A DNA stretch of 63,034 nt, counting the filler, from Octopus bimaculoides (lineage: Eukaryota), in assembly GCF_001194135.2 (NCBI RefSeq). It is 4 parts of 3 records of this genome, joined end to end, with 100 filler letters (N's around TTAATTAATTAA, not from the genome) between each part and the next. Parts side by side here need not be neighbours in the genome. Positions count along the whole stretch, not along the records: positions 40,284 to 59,605 come from NC_068981.1; positions 59,706 to 63,034 come from NC_068981.1; 2 more parts are not named here. One strand, given 5' to 3'. A program made the position numbers and the translations under genes. Position 1 is the first letter of the stretch, and every line of letters begins with the position of its first letter. Under the pieces are notes generated by a model. That model ran no database searches, was not told where the DNA came from, and saw only the letters and a list, made by a program, of their open reading frames with translations. Below, piece by piece: positions 50,986-63,034 of the stretch.

Positions 50986-51051
50986 CACACTTTTATCAAG
51001 CTTGTTTAGAAAACGATAAACACGATCCAATCAAATTTGGATAAGATTGAA

Positions 51052-51090
<39 letters not shown>

Positions 51091-53225
51091 CCTGTATATA
51101 TATGTGTGTGTGTTTGCGTGTGTGCGTGCGTGTGCGTGTGCGTGTGTTTGTGTGAGTGTGTGTTCATATATTCCTGTTATTCAAATTATTCCAATAAACA
51201 TAGTCAAGCATCCATATCGCATATACAAATACGCATGGTAAACCCTATGAATATATCCCCTCCTATATATATATGTGTGTGATTATAACGTTTTTGTGTG
51301 TGTTTGTGAGCGTGAATGTTTTTCACTGGAAAGGTTTATTCAGACTTGCTATTGTTTAGCCAACAGTTAAATGATTATTAGTTATAGCTCCTTATGAACA
51401 TCTACATACTTTAAATTTCTTATTCACAATGCAGTCAGACTTCTTCATTTACATGATGTATTTTCTGTGTCATTCATATGTCTCGAAATTCGTTCAACTA
51501 CATCCCCTTCAATGGAATCGTCCTCTCTGTTTTGGGTAGTGTGGTGGATTTTTCATTGTGGGGGTAACTTCGAATCCAGTTAACTATGCTGTATTTTATT
51601 TATAATGATCATTTTAATCCTTTTAAGTTTAAATTTGAAAGAGAGGATGACGGTTAAACATTGGTTAAACGTATGTTTAATATATTACTTTCATATTTTC
51701 CTATCATCTGTACACTCACATTTTGATCCATAGTTTTTTCTTGTCAATACTAGTATTATTTATGAATTTAAATCAAAATTAATTTCTTTAAAGTTATACA
51801 CGGAACTTAGGTGGGTAGGAAATATGAAATGAAACAAGCGACCGGCAATACTTTCTTATTACGTCCCAAATGTTGACAAATGTACTACTTTTAATACCTG
51901 ATTGAGGATAATGCTGGTAAGATATAGTTTATGACATATATTAGTGTCTACAGTTGAAGGAAGAAAAACTAATATTCATTCGAAATATGATTATTTTGTA
52001 TTTTTATGAGTTTCATGATTAATGTTTATGATAAGAGAAAATAATGGAAGAAAAATATCTTTCATGAACAGAAGGCAAGTGACAATACAAAAATAATACA
52101 AGAAAATACTATCAGAAGGAAAAGTAAGGCCTGGTTCTGATTATAAACACACATTGGGTGATGGTGACGTGGTAATGTGTTTGGACAATATTACAATACA
52201 GCAGATGCTGACTTCTTCCGTACCAAGCAAAAACTTACCAGGTCTTACGAACGTTGCCGCTGAAAAATATCTATTTTAAATATATATACTGATGTTCATT
52301 TCTCTAATTAAATTATTTTTTATATTTACGATAATGTGCAAAAACCTTTTTTTTTTACTTTATTTATATACCAATAGAAATTTTTTTATGCATTGCATGT
52401 ATAATGTGAGAATATTCAAACGCACTTACACAGGGTGTAGATAATATAGATAGAAATATATAATACTCGATTAAAAGTCTCCATCTATGCTCTACATTGA
52501 TTAACGCAGATGATGGTAGAAAAGAAAATTTTCTTATAATACTCAAAACTAAACAATAATTGAATTAAAATTTTCATCCTATATTTTTCACAGAACACTA
52601 AATAATAATGTCTATGTATATCCTAACGTACCGAAAATGGAACTGCTCTCCTTTCATAAATGTAGCAAGAAGAAGAAAATGTCATCGGCATGTGAATGCT
52701 ACAAAACATCATATATGTATGCGTGTATGTATGTTTATATGTATGCATGCACATTCATAAATGTTATCTATCTATCTATCTATCTATCATTCGATATATA
52801 TNNNNNNNNNNATATATATATATATATATACATATCATCAACAGATGAGATCAGGGGAAGCTCAACATAGATTACACCTACTGGTGTATTTTCAGAACAG
52901 ATTTATATGGAGTATAATAGATACAGGAAACAAACTAAGCAGGAGCGGGCATGGGATTTCATTTCCGACAGCTGTTCGTGGGCGCTCGGAATTGCGTAAT
53001 ATTTGAAATGTTGGCAGAGGGAGTGTGCAATAATTCAGGAATATGCAACAATTGGTGGAGACGCATATAAATATTACCCTAAATCCGGCCTCCATCGCTG
53101 CATCACTAGGATGCAGATATTGGCATCTAACGTTTAACATCAAAACACAGGGTATTTAAGTGTAAAAATATCTATATGCTTATACATTTATACATGAGTG
53201 TTCATACTCTGAATATTTCCAGTTC

Positions 53226-53298
<73 letters not shown>

Positions 53299-53314
53299 CA
53301 CACACACACACACG

Positions 53315-53348
<34 letters not shown>

Positions 53349-54006
53349 TACACACACACATATATATATATATCCTATATATCCATATATATATATTTAA
53401 ATATATATATATAATTTATGTATCACNNNNNNNNNNNNNNNNNNNNNNNNNNNNNNNNNNNNNNNNNNNNNNNNNNNNNNNNNNNNNNNNNNNNNNNNNN
53501 NNNNNNNNNNNNNNNNNNNNNNNNNNNNNNNNNNNNNNNNNNNNNNNNNNNNNNNNNNNNNNNNNNNNNNNNNNNNNNNNNNNNNNNNNNNNNNNNNNNN
53601 NNNNNNNNNNNNNNNNNNNNNNNNNNNNNNNNNNNNNNNNNNNNNNNNNNNNNNNNNNNNNNNNNNNNNNNNNNNNNNNNNNNNNNNNNNNNNNNNNNNN
53701 NNNNNNNNNNNNNNNNNNNNNNNNNNNNNNNNNNNNNNNNNNNNNNNNNNNNNNNNNNNNNNNNNNNNNNNNNNNNNNNNNNNNNNNNNNNNNNNNNNNN
53801 NNNNNNNNNNNNNNNNNNNNNNNNNNNNNNNNNNNNNNNNNNNNNNNNNNNNNNNNNNNNNNNNNNNNNNNNNNNNNNNNNNNNNNNNNNNNNNNNNNNN
53901 NNNNNNNNNNNNNNNNNNNNNNNNNNNNNNNNNNNNNNNNNNNNNNNNNNNNNNNNNNNNNNNNNNNNNNNNNNNNNNNNNNNNNNNNNNNNNNNNNNNN
54001 NNNNNN

Positions 54007-54062
<56 letters not shown>

Positions 54063-54392
54063 CATATACACACACACTGTGTGTGTATGTGTGCTGGGAA
54101 TGTTTCTCATCATGTCAGAGAATATAAGTTTCATGTTCATTTCTTCATTATAGACACGCTAATTGGTTTCTAGGGATTCATATAGATGGTATGTTTCCAA
54201 GAATATTACAGTAATTCACATTACACACACACTCACACATACCATACATACTCTCAAACATAGGTAAAAGGATGTACGTATGTCTGAGTGCGGGTATGTA
54301 TTTATGTATAGATATACACTTTTTTCTGTATATGATGCTGTGATGTGTTTATTAATTATTTCACATATAAGCGCTCTGGTACCTGTATATAA

Positions 54393-54423
<31 letters not shown>

Positions 54424-55287
54424 NNNNNNNNNNTATATCGGTTTCAACCGATATTTCTTTTCTATGCATATATTCAAAGATTCATAAATATGCATAAATA
54501 GATAAAAAATATGTAGTGAAGCTGAATAGCTACAAGAATTACTCTTCTCTTTAATTCAAAATTTTTCAAACGTAGAAATACATGTGCACGCTTATACATA
54601 GATACTGCACTAACAACCTAATTATCTAATAACCTACCCACATATCCTGCAATATACCTTCCTAAACTCGTACATGGCAATCATATATATACACATAAAT
54701 GCTTATAAAATATATACATAAATTCATATATGCATACATGCATAGAAATATGCGTGCATGTAATAGAAATGTACATACATAGCACACTTACATCTATACA
54801 CATACATTCGTAAAATACACATGCACCACATATATACATAGACACATGGTCGAAATCATTTGCCTGGTAGAGGTTAACATAATACTGTAGATAAAAAGAA
54901 GCGAAAATATACGTAGCTAATGAGAAATCCGAAGTTACAACAACCACGCTACAATTAATATTGATAGCCCTGATCATCGAGCCCTGGGATGGATAACAAA
55001 TTGCCTCATGACTAATTTTGATAAGCTTCCAATCATAAAACCAGAGAAGATACAACTAATTAGGAAATTGAAATTACAATGCATTAATTTAACTGAAAAA
55101 ATACCCCTCATGAACTTTCCAGATTTTTAACCTGTTTTACACGCATACATATATACATACATAAAGGCATATATACATATATGCATGCATAATTATATGC
55201 ATACAAGCATACATACATAAATGCGCACATATACAGAATGTTGTCCAATCCTTTCTAAAATACATGCATATATTAAATTATATATAT

Positions 55288-55358
<71 letters not shown>

Positions 55359-55882
55359 NNNNNNNNNNGCACACACTTATTTATATATATATATTATATA
55401 TATATATATATATACAGCATATATATGCAATATATATAAACATATATATAACATGTATATATATGTATATGTTTTATATATACACATACATACATACATA
55501 CACACATACGTAGAGATGTACATTAGTCGTAAGGTAATTCATACAGCATTATATATATACAGATACAGATGCGTACTACAGTAACTACACGGGCGATGTC
55601 TGAATGCAGATGAAAAACAAATGCTTCCTGCTACATTTGAAAATGATATTTCGATATTGATGAGGAATTTTATGAACCATAATATTATTCACAACATTGT
55701 ATTTTTCAAGCTTTGTTATATTTTTTACTTCTAAAAGGAAATAGATTTGAATCTACTTGATCGCAATGTAATTGAAGAACAAGAAGGCTAATATCAAAGG
55801 AGTTTCTAATACCTACTTAGATATAAATTTTAAACACCTATACATGAATGTATGAACAGATATAATTTTGATAAATTTCTAC

Positions 55883-55949
<67 letters not shown>

Positions 55950-56543
55950 AGGATTTACTTTTCGTAATGAGATAAAAGACCAAAGTTGTGTATTATATAG
56001 AAAATTTATAAATATAATTCTTACACCTGTTTCCAGGTTATTTATTATATCCCTTCATCGGTGACGGCGTAAGAGGATGATTAAGCAATAGTTAGTTTAG
56101 TAGATATAGGAAATAGAGAGTGAATGTAGGGATATTGTATTTGTAAATCCAATGTTTAGGCAGAATGGTATACATATAAGATTTCAATATTTAGGCAGAA
56201 TGGTATACATGTGAGTAAGATGCAATTGATTTTAAGATTGGTCGTTGCCTTGGATTTAAAAAGCCAACGACCAATCTTAAAATCAATTCGATCTTACTCA
56301 CAAGGTATTGGAATCTCATATGTATACCATTCTGCCTAAACATTGGATTTACAAATACAATATCTTTACATTCACTCTCTATTTCCTATCTTAACTAAAC
56401 TAACTATTGCTTAATCATCCTCTCACGCCGTCTCCGATGAAGAGATATAGTAAATATCCCGGAAACAGCTGTAAGACATTCTATTTATAAATGTTCTATA
56501 TAATACACACCTTTGGTCTTTTATTTCATTACGAAAAGTGAAT

Positions 56544-56546
<3 letters not shown>
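55950..56546. mobile_element. 597-bp foldback palindrome (MITE-like) flanked by TA within (TA)n
   Basis: Arms 55950-56247 and 56265-56546 are reverse complements at ~90% identity with a 17-nt loop. Termini AGGATT..AATCCT with TA on both sides. Confidence 0.88.
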
Positions 56547-56579
<33 letters not shown>

Positions 56580-57662
56580 TCTCTTTACTCTCTTTATATA
56601 TATNNNNNNNNNNNNNNNNNNNNNNNNNNNNNNNNNNNNNNNNNNNNNNNNNNNNNNNNNNNNNNNNNNNNNNNNNNNNNNNNNNNNNNNNNNNNNNNNN
56701 NNNNNNNNNNNNNNNNNNNNNNNNNNNNNNNNNNNNNNNNNNNNNNNNNNNNNNNNNNNNNNNNNNNNNNNNNNNNNNNNNNNNNNNNNNNNNNNNNNNN
56801 NNNNNNNNNNNNNNNNNNNNNNNNNNNNNNNNNNNNNNNNNNNNNNNNNNNNNNNNNNNNNNNNNNNNNNNNNNNNNNNNNNNNNNNNNNNNNNNNNNNN
56901 NNNNNNNNNNNNNNNNNNNNNNNNNNNNNNNNNNNNNNNNNNNNNNNNNNNNNNNNNNNNNNNNNNNNNNNNNNNNNNNNNNNNNNNNNNNNNNNNNNNN
57001 NNNNNNNNNNNNNNNNNNNNNNNNNNNNNNNNNNNNNNNNNNNNNNNNNNNNNNNNNNNNNNNNNNNNNNNNNNNNNNNNNNNNNNNNNNNNNNNNNNNN
57101 NNNNNNNNNNNNNNNNNNNNNNNNNNNNNNNNNNNNNNNNNNNNNNNNNNNNNNNNNNNNNNNNNNNNNNNNNNNNNNNNNNNNNNNNNNNNNNNNNNNN
57201 NNNNNNNNNNNNNNNNNNNNNNNNNNNNNNNNNNNNNNNNNNNNNNNNNNNNNNNNNNNNNNNNNNNNNNNNNNNNNNNNNNNNNNNNNNNNNNNNNNNN
57301 NNNNNNNNNNNNNNNNNNNNNNNNNNNNNNNNNNNNNNNNNNNNNNNNNNNNNNNNNNNNNNNNNNNNNNNNNNNNNNNNNNNNNNNNNNNNNNNNNNNN
57401 NNNNNNNNNNNNNNNNNNNNNNNNNNNNNNNNNNNNNNNNNNNNNNNNNNNNNNNNNNNNNNNNNNNNNNNNNNNNNNNNNNNNNNNNNNNNNNNNNNNN
57501 NNNNNNNNNNNNNNNNNNNNNNNNNNNNNNNNNNNNNNNNNNNNNNNNNNNNNNNNNNNNNNNNNNNNNNNNNNNNNNNNNNNNNNNNNNNNNNNNNAAA
57601 ACAGAAAGAAACAAAGGGAGAAACAAGGAGAGAAAAAAATATGTGTAGTGTCTAGCGATAAG

Positions 57663-57663
57663 A

Positions 57664-57739
<76 letters not shown>
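57663..57739. repeat. (AAT)n microsatellite
   Basis: Directly visible. Confidence 0.97.
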
Positions 57740-57740
<1 letters not shown>

Positions 57741-57887
57741 GGCGCGGCTATGTGGGAAAAATCCTGCTTAACAGTCCCATGGTTGTAGGCTCAGACCTAT
57801 TGCGTGGCACCTTGTGAGTGAATCCTGTAAACGGAACTATAAAAATCCCATCGTATATACACACGCATACATATATACACACGCACG

Positions 57888-57952
<65 letters not shown>

Positions 57953-58029
57953 GTATATATTTGTTTGTCTATGCGTGTGCGTGCAAAAATTAACTATTAA
58001 ACAGTCAGTTTCGAACTATTTCTAGGTGT

Positions 58030-58400
58030 CTCTCATGTCATAAGTCCATGCTGCGTTCCTGTATAGTTGAATGAAGAATGTTTAAGCTGAAAATTGTTAC
58101 TCCACAAGAAACAACATACTCAAACTTTCTATATTTTAATAGCTTTTTTATATTATGAAATTTGTTAGTGATAAAATCTTTAATTAAAATGTCAAAAAAA
58201 ATACTTTGTTGTTCACATGCCAATCTAGGAACTATTCCATGATAGGCTGTAATTTATGTAGACAACTCCTTTATAAAATATTTCCTAAAAGAATTAGCTG
58301 GTAACCTCACTCCATTATCATGACAAAAACATTTGTAAACAATCTCCTGTCTTCCATCTTAAACGTGGGTTAATGAACATTGCTAAATTTAAAGTTGGTT
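58030..58400 (-). pseudogene. Possible highly decayed Penelope-like reverse transcriptase fragment
   Basis: Frameshifted pieces resembling LTFD..KD..TN (PLE D..SLYTNIP motif) and FIQL.GT..MD (Q..GTAMG motif) occur in the expected order. Several frameshifts are needed. Confidence 0.25.
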
Positions 58401-59573
58401 TATTTAGTAAGAAAATATATCTATTGGTTCAAGTATGTGAGGCATAAAATCATATATCTATATATAAATATTCACACTATAATCTGTTATAGTTTACAAT
58501 AATATAATCCATAGCAATACAGACGCCTTATATAATACTGACATTCTATTAATCTTTGAGGACACCAAAGGTATCGGTGGTCTTATAGAATAATTATATT
58601 AGACGCCTTGATCTTGTAGGATTATTTTAGGATTATTATATTGGACGACTTGAAAAGAATGTCCCATTCGACAAGCTAATTTCACTAAACGGACGATGCG
58701 GTCCCTAATAATGTAATGAAGGCGCATTAGATGCAGTAAGGAAATGTATAATACAGACATTCATATTTTTCGGGCTTAACTCATTTATAACTTGATTCAG
58801 AACAACATATGACATCTAAAATGATAGGATGCTACATTGAAGTTCCTCGCTAACACACAAGATTTCAGAACAGATTTTTATTAGTCCTTTGAAAAAAGTT
58901 TAATATGAAAGCGGTTCTACATTCTTGGCATTTAAGAACTTTGTAAACACGGTAAACAGAACTCGAAGCTTTTGATGGGGCGTCTTTAATAGAACGGTAT
59001 CCATGAAACCATAAGATATAAAGATATAATTAATTACAGATCAAGATTCAACGATAGAAAAAGCATCGAGTGACAACTGATGGTAGATGAGGCGGTTTCG
59101 TAACCATAGCGAGCATAATGAACATGAGAGGATCTTGCCTTCAAGGATACCTGACTGATGGACGAAAAGTCATTCTCCTAAATGTAACGGCCCCATACAT
59201 ATGGTTCCCTATTGATTTCTCTCTCCTTCGCTTCCCCCAACTCTATCACTCTGTCACTTACACTGCTTTCTCATTCGAAACACGAAAAAATATATGTGCC
59301 TACATGTTTGTACATGGATATGTATATCATATATTTCATTGAAAAGGTTACTATAGCGCGAGCATACACACACACACAAACACCCAAGTGAACACGCACT
59401 CATGCACACACACGCATATATATGCGTGTGTGTGTGTGTCCGTGCATATATATATATAGGTATATAATATATGTATATGTTTATATATACATATATGTAT
59501 ACATGTAGTATATATTATATAACATATGATATAATTTATATATATATAATATAGTTATATATTTATATATACA

Positions 59574-59605
<32 letters not shown>

Positions 59606-59705
59606 NNNNNNNNNNNNNNNNNNNNNNNNNNNNNNNNNNNNNNNNNNNNTTAATTAATTAANNNNNNNNNNNNNNNNNNNNNNNNNNNNNNNNNNNNNNN
59701 NNNNN
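59606..59705. other. Artificial scaffold-joining spacer N44-TTAATTAATTAA-N44
   Basis: Identical to the spacers at 23239 and 40184. Confidence 0.93.
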
Positions 59706-60900
59706 TGTTATCTCTCATTTTGTTTAAAACAATGTCTTCTAAAGTTTGCTTCCATTATATCACAGCTTCTATGCACAAATCCTGTTTTCTGATTACTGTT
59801 CTGACCTCATCTGCAGAATTCATAATTTTTTACATCCAAATCATTTTTGAAGACTGCAGAACAGAATGAATGATAATCAGATGGGGCAATGTGTGACGAA
59901 TATATGGTGGCTGGGACATCGTTTCCCATTCAAACTGCTCCAGCCTCTGGAATATCATTCTTGCTGTATGTGGCCAAGCATTATCCTGATGGAAGAACAC
60001 CTTTCGTCTTGAAACCAAAGATGGCCGTTTTTCTTCTAGCGCTGACTTAAACTGCTCTAGCTGCTCACAGTAGATCTCCTTTGTTATTGTTTAGCATTTA
60101 AACCGGCCATATCCGGCCAAAAGTATTCTGCCTATTCTATGTTCAAACTGACCAGATCTAGTCTTTCACACCAACCTTACAATAACATTTTAAAGATTAA
60201 CAGCTACCTCATCAAAATCTCATAGCTACAAGATAATGCATGATTAGTTCAAAACAATGTGGATAAAAAAGCATTAATTATGGCAGAATAATGTGAACAC
60301 TAAAGGGTTAAAAGTTCAAAGTGAACTGAACCTTTCATATCTCACCAAACTGATACCAACACCTTATATGGGTGAAGACCTTCTTTCTCCTGGGGTATCA
60401 TCAGTCTTTCTCCTTTCCCTACCACTGTCTTCGGTACTTGACATTTTTATAGAGAACCCATTTCTTGTCACCAGTCACTGTTCGGTCCAAAAAAGGTTTA
60501 TTCATGAGACGTGACAGCAAAGAAGGGCACACATTCACTCTCTGGGCATAATTAGACTCAGAAAGTTTGTGAGGAAATCATTGACACAATTTGCTGTTTG
60601 TTGACTTGTCTGATGGCATGCAGGTGTCGAATGACCAAATCCAAGCTTCTCTGTTAGTTCCTCAACAGTTATGAGCTCTACAGGTCTTCCAGAATGAGGG
60701 TCGTCTTCTAGGCTGTAGTTTCCGACTCAGAATTTCTGGAACCACAGTTGACACTGGCTTACACTTATTGTCCGATCCCCATTTACTGCATTAATATTCC
60801 TCACACATTCCATTGTGTTGTTTCCTTTATTGAACTCTTAACGCAAAATATGCCAAATATGATCCTTTGTCACTTCCATTGTAGCTTTGAAAAAATAACT
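59706..60900 (-). pseudogene. Decayed mariner (Tc1/mariner, DD34D-type) transposase
   Basis: From the ATG at 60879: MEVTKDHIWHIL..EFNKGN..WFQKF..YSLEDDPHSGRP (HTH region) and VTGDKKWVLY (first catalytic D). At 60018-59830: FHQDNAWPHTA..LEQFEWETMSQPPY (second D). Stops, frameshifts and an insertion are present. Confidence 0.9.
60090..60311. mobile_element. piggyBac-like MITE nested in the mariner relic
   Basis: Right end CACTAAAGGG|TTAA (CCC terminus with TTAA site). Left end TTTAGCATTT matches the inner TIR but lacks TTAACCC. It interrupts the transposase homology. Confidence 0.55.
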
Positions 60901-61052
60901 GTTAAAATTGAACTGCACTCTTCAAAACTTGAATTAAGAATAATTAAAAGGTAAAATTACTACCTGCTTTTATAGCAAGTTGATGCAGGTAGTTTATCCC
61001 ATCCCCCTCTGACTTTCAGTTCATGCAATGGAAAAAAATCACATTATTTATG

Positions 61053-63034
61053 GAAAAGAAATGTGTCCGCATGGATGATGGCTCACTTGTATTTAATGAT
61101 GCTGCAAAGAGAGAGAGACTTGGAGACGCCACTATGAAAGGTTGCCAGATGAAGAGAATGAATGGGAGAAAGAGAGTCTGCCGAATGTCGACCCAACGAA
61201 GGGACCAGCTATCTAAATTGACAGTACCTTGGTAGAAAAAGCTATTAAGAGTATGAAGACAGGGAAAGCCCCCAGCCCTTCAGGAATCACTGCAGAGATG
61301 CTCAAAATATCTGGCAGTGTTGGCTATAGCCTAGTCACCTGTATTGTTAACTAGGTGATACATGAAGGAGTCATACCCAATGACTTGTGTAACAGCACCA
61401 TAGTCAACTGCTACAAAGGTAAAGGTGACGCTTTAGATACAAATAATTACAGAGAGGGTCATAGCCCAACTAATTAGGGAACGAGTCAGTTTAGATGAGA
61501 TGCAGTTTGGGTTTGTGCCAGGTAAAAGCACCACTGATGCTATATTTCTGGTAAGACAGCTGCAGGAGAAATACCTGGCCAAAGATAAAGTTCTGTACTT
61601 GGCTTTTGTTGACATGGAGAGAGCCTTTGACAGGGTCCCCCGATCCCTTATCTGGTGGTCAATGAGGAAACTCGGGATAGAAGAATGGTTAGTGAGAGCT
61701 GTGTGAGCCATGTACAGAGATGCTGCCAGTAAGGTGAGGGTTGGTAATGAGTAGAGTGAAGAATTCCGGGTGGAGGTAGGGGTCCCCCAAGGATCAGCCC
61801 TTGGTTCATTCTTATTCATCATAGTCTTCTAGGCAATAACAGAGGAATTCAAGACAGGATGCCCCTGGGAGCTCCTCTATGCTGATGACCTTGCTATAAT
61901 AGCTGAGTTACTATCAGAACTAGAGGAAAAGTTTTAGGTGTGGAAGCAAGGTCTAGAATCGAAGGGCCTTAGAGTCAATCTAGCAAAAATCAAGGTCTTA
62001 GTAAGTAAGAAGGCAGATAAATCACAAATCCCTTCAGGTAGATGGCCCTGCTCAGGTAGAAATTCCATAAGGTGTACCCGGTGCAAGCTATGGACATGTA
62101 AGAGGTGCAGCAATATCAAAAAAGGTTAACTGGAAAGATAGTTTTTGTGTGTGGCAAATAGTCAGGAACAATAAACACTGAAAATGCGCAGAAAACAGAT
62201 TCCATCACATGCCAGGGGAAAAAAACTACAAGTAGTTGACAGCTTTTCTGTTACCTAGGTGACCAAGTCAGCATTGGGGGTAGATGCACTGAGAGTGTAG
62301 CTGCTAGAATAAGAATAGCCTGGGCAAAGTGCAGAGAGCTCTAACTGCTGCTGGTAAAAAAGGGCCTTTCACTCAGAGTGAAAGGTAGACTGTATGAATC
62401 TAGTGTACGAACAGGCATGCTACTTGGCAGTGAAACATGGGCTGTGACTACTGAGGACATGCGTAAGCTGGCAATGAATGAAGTTAGTATGCTCTGCTGG
62501 ATGTGTAATGTCAGTGTGCATACCCGACAGAGTGTAAGCGCCCTGAGAGAAAAGTTGGACTTAAGAAGCATCAGATGTGGTATGCAAGAGAGATGACTGC
62601 GCTGGTATGGTCATGTGTTGGATATGGATGAGGACAGCTGTGTGAAAAAGTGTCACACCTTAACAGTTGAAGGAACCTGTGCAAGAGGTAAACCTAGGAA
62701 GACCTGGGATGAGGTGGTGAAGCATGACCATGAAATGTTGGGCCTCACAGAGGCGATGACAAACAACTGAGACCTTTGGAGATATGCTGTACTTGAGAAG
62801 ACACGGCCTATGCCAGTGTAGCATAACCAGTCCATCTGAGAGTACCTTTCAATCATTGGGCAATAAATTGCGCTTGAGGAGTAAAAAGCACCATTCAAGC
62901 ATGGATGATGCCAGTGCCACCTGACTGGCCCCCGTGCTGGTGACACATGAAAAGCACCCACTACACACTCAAAGTGGTTGTCATTAGGAAAGGCATCCAG
63001 CTGCAGAAACCTTGCCAGATCAGGTTGGAGCCTG
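61053..63034 (+). mobile_element. Decayed, 5'-truncated RTE-clade LINE (RT, Cys-rich insert, 3' UTR)
   Basis: KAIKSMKTGKAP.PSGITAEMLK; QFGFVPGKSTTDAIF..AFVDMERAFDRVPR; GVPQGS; YADDL at 61878-61892; YLGD; LRWYGHV; RGKPRKTW. Many stops. ORF ends ~62820 and the 3' UTR is shared with fragments elsewhere in the window. Confidence 0.95.

Noticed and set aside
52975-53070. LFVGARN resembling a semaphorin motif
   Set aside because: Seven-residue similarity only. The frame stops soon after and no other Sema features are present.
54900-55130. Open frame (..DHRALGWITNCLMTNFDKLP..) or a SPGMD LINE-like motif
   Set aside because: No splice boundaries and only a single weak motif.
58640-59200. Possible second, very old RTE-like RT relic on the plus strand
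   Set aside because: Motif resemblance needs many frameshifts and is not supportable without a profile search.

Overview
Repeat-dominated, AT-rich eukaryotic DNA from a draft assembly, most likely an octopus (coleoid cephalopod). That assignment is inferred from remembered SINE/LINE families and extreme microsatellite density, not from a database search. The window is not one locus. Three identical 100-nt spacers (N44-TTAATTAATTAA-N44 at 23239, 40184 and 59606) join four separate scaffolds, and roughly a fifth of the bases are N. Nearly all long ORFs in the track are microsatellite or N-gap artefacts. Well supported content: dozens of tRNA-derived SINE copies from at least four families; a decayed RTE-clade LINE (61053-63034) with scattered 3' fragments; a decayed mariner transposase carrying a nested piggyBac-like MITE; an internally deleted hAT element with one visible terminus; a Charlie-type hAT MITE with an 8-bp TSD; a 3' fragment of an RLE-type retrotransposon beside a (TACA)n tract; Penelope-like relics; and two foldback palindromes (597 bp and 200 bp). 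No intact, nameable protein-coding gene, rRNA, functional tRNA or CRISPR array is supported. Several splice-site-bounded candidate exons are reported at low confidence. I found no convincing wholly novel biological system. The best leads are the TA-embedded 597-bp palindrome, the orphan exon chain at 28.5-34.9 kb, and modular SINE tail swapping.
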